64,000 nucleotides of DNA from Octopus sinensis. Its lineage: Eukaryota. The stretch spans positions 30,689,360-30,753,359 of the forward strand of contig NC_043019.1 in assembly GCF_006345805.1 (NCBI RefSeq), written 5' to 3'. Below the pieces are notes generated by a model, which was given only the letters and a program-made list of their open reading frames with translations, was not told the DNA's origin and did not search any database. The position numbers were made by a program, and so were the translations under genes. Below, one piece after another: positions 1 through 64,000 of the stretch (the first letter of the stretch is position 1; each line of letters opens with the position of its first letter).

Positions 1-1780
1 TGTGGAATCTAATAATAATAATGGAGCACCGCCTTTAGTCGAGCAAATCGACCCCAGGACTTATTCTTTGTAAGCCTAGTACTTATTCTGTCGGTCTCTT
101 TTGCTGAACCGCTCAAACATTGAATGGCTTTGAAGATCCATCTGAGTAAGATAGGTATCAAAATGGGTCCATAAGGGAAAAAATGGTTAAGAAAAGTGAA
201 TTCACATGAAGATAAATATACATCAGGTAATAAAGGGCTGCAATTACTACCAGTCGAACACCCTTAATTTGTTTAAGTATCCTCTCCTCTTGAGCAATAC
301 CTTATTAATGATATAACTAACCATCACCTTTAATCTACTTATACTTAAACATGTAAAGCCATTATATCTACATTGGGTAAAAAAAAAAAATACAACTTTC
401 ATATTTCCTAATGGAAGTATATTTATGGTCTTTACTAAACACTATATCAATAACTTTATGCATACATTTTCTACCCTTCTCAGATCAAATTTAATATAAA
501 ATGCAGAGAAATCATATGCATATATCATCTGAACTACTTTAATCTTTTGTGGCTTGTTTAAAATACATTACTAGGTCTAATATTCCAAAATATGCAAACA
601 CCAAAGTCGTAAAATATTCCTTAGCAATATCTCATGAAAGATTTCCTAACAGCATTTAATGCACCATTAAGTAGTATAGTTATCTGCTTATTGGCACACA
701 TTCTGGTATCTGCAGTAAATCTACTCTTGTAGACCTTATGCAATTTTGGAACCTCCAAAATATATTTGGAATAATTGTCCTTTTCTTCTATACTGAAATC
801 ACTCAACATTTCCATCTATGTAATTTGAAGTAATTATGTGGTTAGGAAGCAATGACATTTTCTCAATGGCTAATACTATTTTATTTATTTCAATATGTAT
901 GGGAGACAATTCTGAACATGTTTCATTATTATTAAACCTCTTCAAGATGGCAAGCTGACTGAATCATAAGCAAGTTTAATTTTGCTTTGTGTTCTGAATC
1001 CAAATTTTCACTGAGGTAGACTTTGTCTTTCATCTTCCCAGTATTGATAAAATAAGTACCTGTTGAGCTCTGGAGTTGATGTCATCAACTTGCCTCCTCC
1101 CTTAAATTTTAGGCCTTGGGCTATTTAAAAAAAAATTCTTTTTGTTTTTACTGGCACTCCATCAGTTACAACAACAGGGGTTCCAGTTGATCCAATCAAC
1201 AGAACAGCTTGCTCATGAAATTAACATGCAAATGGCTGAGCACTCCACAGACACATTTATCCTTAATGTAGTTTTCAGGAAGATTCAGTGTGACAGAGTG
1301 TGACAAGGCTGGCCCTTTGAAATACAGGTACTACTCACTTTTGCCAGCTGAGTGGACTGGAGCAAAGTGAAATAAAGTGTCTTGCTCAAGGACACAATGT
1401 GTCACTGGGAATTGAACTCATGTCCTTGTGATCACGAGCTGCTTACCCTAACCACTAAGCTATGCACCTTGGGCCTATAGTAAGAAGGATATTATATGAT
1501 GGTTGTAAACTAGCTTCATCATAATACAAACATTGTTGCTTGTTTCCTATGTCCAGTGAAATCATTTTCAGCTATGGGAAACTATTACATTGTTTGGAAA
1601 CAGATAAACGAACAGGAGCAATGTGAAATAAGTGTCTTGCTCAAGAACACAACACAGCCTGGTCTGCGATTCGAACTCACTACCTCATGATTGTAAGCCT
1701 GACACTCTAAACGCTGAGCCATGCTGTTATATAATATAAGCTGTTATGATGTTAAAAAGATAAAATTTCAACAGACTTAC

Positions 1781-55891
<54,111 letters not shown>

Positions 55892-56303
55892 CTAAAATAC
55901 AATTAATGCACAAATATGTAGTTTCATGATTTCTCTATTTAAAAAAAAAAAATGGAAAAAGAAACAGTTAAGAGAAAAGCTTTGAGCAAAACAGTTAAAT
56001 TTTGTGAAAATGTTTTATTTTCAAAGCACAAAATTATATCTAATGAGTGGTTAGCATTAGGAAGGGCATCCAGCTGTAGAAACTCTGCCAGATCAAGACT
56101 GGAGCCTGGTGCAGCCATCTGGTTCACCAGCCCACAGTCAAACCGTCCAACCCATGCTAGCATGGAAAGCGGATGTTAAACGATGATGATGATGATGATG
56201 ATGAATGCAGTATGAAAGATATGCATCAAACATTCAAAATGCAAAAAAGATTTTGCTTAAACATTTATTAATTTCGCTTAAGCATTTATTATTCGGTGTC
56301 AAT

Positions 56304-56710
56304 AGGTGTAGGACTGGCTGTGTGGTAAGTAGCTTGCTTACCAACCACATGGTTCTGGGTTCAGTCCCACTGCGTGACACCTTGGGCAAGTGTCTTCTAC
56401 TATAGCCTCGGGCCAACCAAAGCCTTGTGAGTGGATTTGGTAGACGGAAACTGAAAGAAGCCCATCGTTTATATATATGTGTAGGTGTGTGTTTATGTTT
56501 ATGTGTCTATGTTTGTCCCCCCAACGTCACTTGACAACCGATGCTGGTGTGTTTACGTCCCCGTAACTTAGCAATTCAGCAAAAGAGACCGATAGAATAA
56601 GTACTAGGCTTACAAAGAAAAAGTCCTGGGGGTCGATTTGCTCGACTAAAGGCGGTGCTCCAGCATGGCCACAGTCAAACGACTGAAACCAGTAAAAGAG
56701 TAAAAGAGTA
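56304..56710 (+). mobile_element. SINE family A
   Basis: Sequence similarity. Confidence 0.85.
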
Positions 56711-57121
56711 TTAACTGTACTGGTCACTGACATGATTCTGTTGCGTCTAAACTGTATAGTCGTTAGTTAATACATGTATTTATAACAACGAGAATGAAGA
56801 AAATCACATTATTATACATTCTGGTATTATTTCTGTGGTGCCAGCAATAGAAAATGCTTGTCGGTGAAATATGGTGTAATTATCAAATGAAAATATGATT
56901 TTCTCTTTTCTTTTTCTTGTTATGTATTCTAGACTTCTTGAAAGTCTTCTAAGTGATATGTGGATTTACTTGTCACACACGAGGAATTACCATGGATATT
57001 AATTCCATTTGAATTTATTGGTATTATCAGATTGTTTGATGTGGTTAACCATGTTTGCTTAAATACTGAGTGCTTTCAAAGATATCTGCCTGGTTTTATT
57101 TATCCATTTTTCCCTCTTATA

Positions 57122-57302
57122 TCCTCCTCCTCCTCCACCTCCTCCTCCACCTCCTCCTCCTCCTCCTCCTCCACCACCACCACCTCCTCCTCCTCACCTC
57201 CCCTCCCCCTCCTGCCTCATTCCCCTCCTCCTCCTCCCATCCCCTCCTCCTCAGCCCGCCCCCTCCGCATCCTCCTCAGCCCCCTCCCCTCCTCCTCCTC
57301 CA
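57122..57302. repeat. (CCT)n-rich polypyrimidine tract
   Basis: Directly visible. Confidence 0.95.
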
Positions 57303-57329
57303 TCATTTTAAATCCAAGTTTTGTCCCCA

Positions 57330-57795
57330 TTAAAGTGAGACGCTGGATCTACCTTAATACCATAGCAACCACCCTCACTCCATCTTGCCATCTTGCCCAG
57401 TTTTGGGCGTCCTCCCTTCTCAAGCCAACCCTCCCAATCTCCTCCTCTACCTGCGCCCCCCCACATATTCCTCAGTCTACCTTGCCTTTGCTATCCATTT
57501 ACCTCAAACTCTAGCACCCTTTTCAGAACATGCTCCTTATCCTTCCTCAACACATGCCCATGCCACTGCACTCCATTCTCCCTTGCCAGCCATTCCACTG
57601 ATTCCTCCAACCCCAGCATCCCCATCAAGTCCTCAGTCCCCCTCTTATCAAACAGCCTCATGCTACACATTTCTCTCACCATTGCTCTCTCAGTCCTTCT
57701 CAAAATTACCATCTCTCTCTCCCTTAAACACCATGTCTCACTCCCATGCAGCATTGCAGCTCTCACACAACTGCTATAGACCTTTCCTTTCATCT
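57330..57795 (-). mobile_element. RTE-X/RTE-like LINE reverse-transcriptase C-terminal fragment
   Basis: KGKVYSSCVRAAMLHGSETWCL...RRTERAMVREMC...WHGHVLRK. Confidence 0.8.
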
Positions 57796-57796
57796 T

Positions 57797-58101
57797 CAAT
57801 GTTTGTTCCTTCTCGAGCCATGCCTGGCTCATAAGGGCCAGTTTTCCAGTTTCCTTGGTGTATAGGTTCCCCACTTGGACGGGACGCCAGTCCGTCGCAT
57901 GTGAGCTGCAAGATGCAGGAAGAAAGAGTGAGAGAAAGTTGTGGCGAAAGAGTCAGCAGAAGTTCGCCATTACCTTCTACCGGAGTCGCATGGAGCTTAG
58001 GTGTTTTGCTCATAAACACACACATCGCCCAGTCTGAGATTCGAACCTGCGATCCCTCGACCGTGAGTCCGCTGCGCTAATTGCTAGGCCATGTACCTCC
58101 A
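57797..58101 (-). mobile_element. SINE family B variant
   Basis: Sequence similarity. Confidence 0.8.
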
Positions 58102-58269
58102 CTTTCATCTTCAATGGAAAACCTTTTCCCATATAACAACAGAATACATGCCATCAAGAATATATAAACTATGAGGGCCCAATTTTGGTACCTTCTTCTT
58201 GATGGTTTTATACTAAACCACACCTCCCCACCACCACCACCACCACCACCACTCACATACATGCATCAC

Positions 58270-58570
58270 CTCTACAACCAGGTTCCATTATTCATTTCCA
58301 GCCATTTCCAACATCCTGGTTCTCTCAACTGTCGCCTGGATTTCTTTCAAGATACTATTTGCTTGATGATGACTGATGCCAATTGATAGCAGCAGCCACT
58401 GTCTCAGCCTGGTTCCAATAAAACCTCTACATCCATAATTATTAACTTTCTAATGCTTCATTCACTAGACATGTTAATAACTGCCTTCCTATGCTTATTA
58501 CCATTCATTTATTTCCAGTTCTCTTTTTAATGCTTCATATGTTATGTGAACAATATCTGACTTTCCTGTC
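58270..58570 (-). mobile_element. Decayed R2/NeSL-type restriction-like endonuclease C-terminus
   Basis: TYEALKRELEINEW...GCRGFIGTRLRQWLLLSIG...LKEIQATVER with in-frame stops. Confidence 0.5.
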
Positions 58571-58647
58571 TCTCCATTTCATTGCATAATTATTTCTAGT
58601 TAGTGATCCTTGCATTAACTATTTTAGCACTAACTATTAAAAATATG

Positions 58648-58962
58648 TGGAGGTGCAATGGCCCAATGGTTAGGGTAGCGGACTCCCGGTTGTAGGATCA
58701 CAGTTTCGATTCCCAGACCGGGCATTGTGAGTGTTTATTGAGCAAAAGCACCTAAAGCTCCTCGAGGCTCTGGCAGGGGTGGGTGGGTGACGATCCCTGC
58801 TGTACTCTTTTGCCGCAACTTTCTCTCACTCTTTCTTCTCTTGGCCTGCTCGCTTAGCCAGCGGGGTGGTGTCATTTGAAGGCTAAAACAATGCGAAGCT
58901 TATTGTGACCAGCGATGTGTAGCAACATCTGATAGCCCCGTCAGTCACGGTGATCACAGTGA
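58648..58962 (+). mobile_element. SINE family B variant
   Basis: tRNA-like head ggaggtgcaatggcccaatggttaggg. Confidence 0.75.
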
Positions 58963-59145
58963 TATTAAAAACACAAACACACACACACACACTCAATTGT
59001 GAGAGGACATACATTGCTATTGTAGTTATAACTGCCACTGCTTCTGTCACCATCAAACAATCAGCTCAAACTGCTTAGTGGCATTCCATCTGTCTTTTTT
59101 GATCTGAGATCAAATTCTGCTGTGGTCGACTTTGCCTTTCACATG

Positions 59146-59200
<55 letters not shown>

Positions 59201-59551
59201 AGTTGTGAGAAGGCATACATTGTTATTGTACTTATTACCATTACTGCTTCTCATTTCTTTACTGCCCACAAGGGGCTACACACAGAGGGGGCAAACAAGG
59301 ACAGACAAACAGATTAAGTTGATTATATCGACCCCAGTGTGTAACTGGTAATTAATTTATCGATCCCGAAAGGATGAAAGGCAAAGTTGACCTCGGCAGA
59401 ATTTAAACTCAGAAGGTAGCGGCAGACGAAATACCGCTAAGCATTTCGCCTGGCATCCTAACAATTCTGCCAGCTCACCGCCTGTTTCTGTCATTACTGC
59501 TTCTGTCCTCATCAAACACTCTGGTCAAAATACTTAGTGGCGTTTCACCTG

Positions 59552-59932
59552 TTTCTTTCTTTTTCTTTTACTTGTTTCAGTTATTTGACTGCGGTCATAC
59601 TGGAGCACCGCCTTTAGTCGCATCAAATCAACCCCAGGTTTATTCTTTGTAAGCCTAGTACTTATCCTATCGGTCTCTTTTGCTGAACCGCTAAGTTACG
59701 AGGACCTAAACACACCAGCATTGGTTGTCAAGTGATGTTGGGGGGGACAAACACATACACACACACATACATATACGACAGGCTTCTTTCAGGTTCTGTC
59801 TCCCAAATCCACTCACAAGGCTTTGGTCGGGCTGAGGCTATAGTAGAAGACACTTGGTTCCACGCAGTGGGACTGAGCCCAGAACCATATGGTTGGTAAG
59901 CAAGCTACTTACCACACAGCCACTCCTGCGCC
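59552..59932 (-). mobile_element. SINE family A
   Basis: Sequence similarity. Confidence 0.8.
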
Positions 59933-62141
59933 TATTCTAAACATTTCAAATGTTATACCCTGTTCTGCCTGGTAAATCTATCGAGAACAATGTTTTTGTA
60001 TTATTTCTTTCAGAAGTCTTATAAAGTCTTCCAACAAACTCCACATGTCCGTCTTTATCAAAATCTGTCTCTAAACCTGTACAAGCATAGTGACAGAAAT
60101 GTAAAGTGAAAGTAGCAATGGTGATGATGATGATGATGAGGGGAGGAGGATGATGTCTCTGCTGTTTATGTTTTTGGCGATGATGATGGTGATGACAATG
60201 ATGCTTCTGCTCTTGATGATGATGATGATGAATATTTACAACTAAGATTCTTCCAAGTCAAATAATTTGGCACAGAAGGAGGATGAGTGTGAGGAGGCGC
60301 AGATCAGGAAATGAGAACCCTCTGTATTTGTCAATAAACACGGCCAAAGCAAAAAAAAAAAAATAATAAATAAAAATAAAAAGTAAAAATAAAGCCAATA
60401 AGAAATGAAAGGAAACTATATTAAAACTGTCTTTACAGAGAAAAGTAATTTCTGGAACGATCATGTGTGTCAATGGTAAAAAAAAAAAGGAAAGATGTTT
60501 GCTGAGGCTTGATGGTCCAGTTAATAAACTGAAAGCTATGCATTTCTTGTCTGGTGGACAACAACAACAACAACAACAACAACTAAGACTCACAAACAAA
60601 ATTGGAAACAATAAACAGGAGAAAGAAGGATTATTAAAATGGTTTGAAATTGCTTTGCGTACTTTTATGAAGATTCTGGTTCCAGTACAGCAACCCCAAG
60701 AGGAAAATAATATACTGTGGTGTTGTAGCTTTCTTACTGTATATTCATGTTAAGGAAGCTATACAGAATGCTAGCGTGAACTAATACTTGTTGTCCACAT
60801 GTACCATATGCTTTTACAGCATGTTGATGACACCATGGGCCTGGGAACTGGGGGTGCAAGTGCACTCAATAAAATTTTCGTGGGGTGCAAAAAGAAAAAT
60901 TTGCATCTCTACTTATTTTCTCAGGTTTAGAAAACTGAAGAAAAAGTCATCTGTAAAAAGTGGCTCGAAGTTGGGTTCCTTAACAAAGAACTTAGATAAA
61001 TAATGATAATAATAAGACTTTTCTTGTAAAAATGTTTGGACCCCGCCTAAGCAAATTTCGTTCTGGAGCCAGTGGATGACACTACACTGAAGGTGTCCCT
61101 CATTAAGTATGAGTTCTTCCATTAAATTAAACCATAGCATTACTTCATTCTGACTTTCTCATAGTGCTTTCTTGGCAGTGATATTGAGTTGGTTTACCAT
61201 TGCCTTCCTCAACTGGATGGCCATTGGCCTGCAAGGAGCTCATCTGTCCTTCAGCAAGTCTTGTTTTTAGTCATCCTGGGTGTTCAGACACCCTCATTGC
61301 GAGAGTAGTAAGCTACTCAAATCATGGTGAGGGTGGGGTGGGGAGCAGGTTTAGTTACCAACCACCTGTCCATAGAACAGGTAGTACTGGTTTCCATGGT
61401 ACCAGTAGCAGGTCTCGTCAGCCTGTGATGACATCCCTGACCAGACATAAGAACTAATACCTGCTTTAGTCACTGACAACAAACTCTTATCCAGTTTGCC
61501 AGCTATTTGTGACACCAGTGACTCGTTAATCACTGTCTTTCTATATCACAAGAAGCGAAATTTGTCAAAGCATATTTTTTCTAGTGGATACTTGCTACTG
61601 ATGATGTACAAACTTGCAGAAATCCCAGCTCTAACAATTCAACCACTGCTACTGGATGCTTCCCATCTGCTATTGATATACCTCTGTGTTTTTTAGCTCT
61701 ATACATCTGTACAAGATACTTTCTTGACATGAATAAGGCAGTGTTGTTTCTTACAGCATGTCCTCATTAAATAAAACATACAGAATGCTATTCAATTGTT
61801 TAGCCCCGGGTCAGGCCTGATCAAGTAGATTTCTGATCAAAGGTGTTCAGACTGTGGCCACATCATCTCATTTATCAACAACTACATTATATATTGTAGA
61901 CTTCGTTATATAATGAAATATATGCTTTTTTTTATTTTTAAACACTATACGTCTATAAAGAGATTTCTCTCAGAAGGAAATTGTAGTTTCGGGCATTTCA
62001 GCGACAGAAATACATTAAGTATATTATATTGATATAGATTTTTCTTTCCAACAGAACTGCTTCCATTGCATAATTCAGATTTCATTTCACTTATTTGGTG
62101 CCTTTGCATACAAATATAAAGTTTATATACTATTCCTATGT

Positions 62142-62568
62142 AGGCACAGGAGTGGCTGTGTGGTAAGTAGCTTGCTTCCCAACCACATGGTTCCGGATTC
62201 AGTCCCACTGTGTGGCACCTTGGGTAAGTGTCTTCTACTATAGCCTCGGGCTGACCAAAGCCTTCTGAGTGGATTTGATAGACGGAAACTGAAAGAAGAC
62301 TGTCGTATATATATATATATATACATGTATATGTGTCTGTGAGCATGTTTGTGTGTCTGTGTTTGTCCCCACCAACATCGCTTGACAACCGATGGTGGTG
62401 CGTTTACGTCCCCGTAACTTAGCGGTTCGGCAAAAGAGACCGAAAGAATAAGTACTAGGCTTACAAAAGAATAAATCCTGGGGTCAATTTGCTCGACTAA
62501 AGGCGGTGCTCCAGCATGGCCACAGTCAAATGACTGAAAAGGTAAAAGAGTAAAAGAGTAAAAGAGTA
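62142..62568 (+). mobile_element. SINE family A
   Basis: Sequence similarity; (GTAAAAGA)n tail. Confidence 0.85.
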
Positions 62569-64000
62569 TATATTTCAGACTAGCTGATTTGATTGCGCTT
62601 CAAAAGTTAAACAAGTAACATAACATTGAGAAGCTGCAACACATAAAATTCATATCTGTCATTCTTGTGGTCACTTCTGTTGTGATATTGTTTCACCTAG
62701 CTCTGAAGTATATTGTGTTTCTTAACATTATACATCTTTAAAGGAATACTTTCCATATGGATATCACAGCTTCTGGTGTATTTTACATCAATATATATTT
62801 TATTATATAATGTGTTTTCTTAAGACAGTGAGACATGATTCTGTGAGAAATTTGACAGCTATTTCTAGTAGGTTGATTTACAGAGAAGCAATATTTGAAT
62901 TATATATGCAGAATTAAAAGCCGATCAGATTAACAGTTTCTGTTCAAAACTGACATAAGTTATTTCTCATCATAATGAAATGTAATAGATAACTTTCTTT
63001 AATCTTCTTTTTCTTGTTTCACTCATGACAGTGTGGCCATGCTGGAGTACTGCTTTAAAAGGTTTTAATTGAACAAGTTGACCTCAGTATATATCTTTAC
63101 TTATTTATAAGCTTGGTACTCATTCTATTAGTTTCTTTAAGGGGATGCAAACAAACCATCACTAGTTGTCAAACAGTGGGGGATGGTGTGAATAAACAGA
63201 TACAAAGACACACACACACACACACACACACATCATCATCATCATTTAGTGTCTGCTTTCTATGCTGGCATGGGTTGGACAGTTTGACTGAAAACTGGTA
63301 AGCTGGAGAGCTGCACCAAGTTCCAATCCAATTTGGCATGGTTTCTATGGCTGGATGCCCTTCCTAACACCCACCACTCCAAATGTGTAACAGGTGCTTT
63401 TTACATGACACCAGCAAGGCTGCCAGTTATATGACACCCGCATCAACCACAACTACGATTTCACTTAGAGATAAATACATGATGGGCTTCCACACAGTTT
63501 CCCTCAACTATATTCACTCACAGGGCTTTGGTTGACCCTGGGTATACACTAATTAGTGCAGAGTAACCTGGGAGTAAGGTGGTGACAGATGCAATATAGA
63601 TGACAAGATGAGAGGAGACAAAAGGTTGAGAGGGGTTGGCATGAGTTCAACAAATTTGTAAAAGTTCTCTTCCTTCATTGACTTGTTACCAAGAAGAGAA
63701 AGAAGTGAGAAGGAAGAAAACAGAGATTGTGATGTTGATGATGATAATGAAGGGAAAAATTATGAATTGAAAATTATCCATTTTCTTCACTGTACCAGAA
63801 CACAATGTTTTTATGTAAATAATAATTCGTATCTGCATCAATTGCAATGTCTCTTTTACTCTTTAACTTGTTTCAGTCATTTGACTGTGACCATGCTGGA
63901 GCACTGCCTTTAGTTGAGCAAACTGACCCCAGGACTTATTCTTTGTAAGCCTAGTACTTATTCTATCAGTCTCTTTTGCAGAGCAGCTAAGTTACAGGGA

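Noticed and set aside
621-815. 64-aa minus-strand ORF as a possible next ENPP exon
   Set aside because: No ENPP motif (HG.DN expected), it ends in a stop, and no suitable phase-2 acceptor was found.
56960-57514. 184-aa Ser/Pro-rich plus-strand ORF
   Set aside because: Produced by the (CCT)n tract and the antisense strand of a LINE fragment.
60258-61140. Poly-Gln/poly-Cys and other short ORFs
   Set aside because: (CAA)n microsatellite and AT-rich chance ORFs; no motifs or consistent splice phases.

Overview
Eukaryotic, AT-rich, repeat-dense genomic DNA. The SINE, microsatellite and Penelope content strongly resembles Octopus/coleoid cephalopod DNA; this is inferred from repeat recognition, not a database hit. 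Nearly the whole window lies inside one minus-strand gene of the ectonucleotide pyrophosphatase/phosphodiesterase (ENPP, 'venom phosphodiesterase') family. I assembled 15 GT-AG exons (55891 down to 1781, 1921 nt, about 640 codons) whose intron phases all match and which give one open frame. The frame reads: end of a first PDE domain, linker, a complete nuclease-like (NUC) domain, then no stop codon and a second PDE domain. That second domain has several catalytic or metal-ligand substitutions. The 5' and 3' ends of the gene were not found in the window. The introns hold tRNA-derived SINEs, LINE fragments (RTE, R4/Dong-like, CRE-like), Penelope-like remnants with minimal hammerhead-ribozyme motifs and long palindromes, DNA-transposon derivatives (Ginger-like, Tigger-like, hAT-like, piggyBac-like, Tc1/mariner), a Gypsy relic, and a two-template inverted/direct insertion. 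Exon coordinates were counted base by base; most repeat boundaries are approximate.
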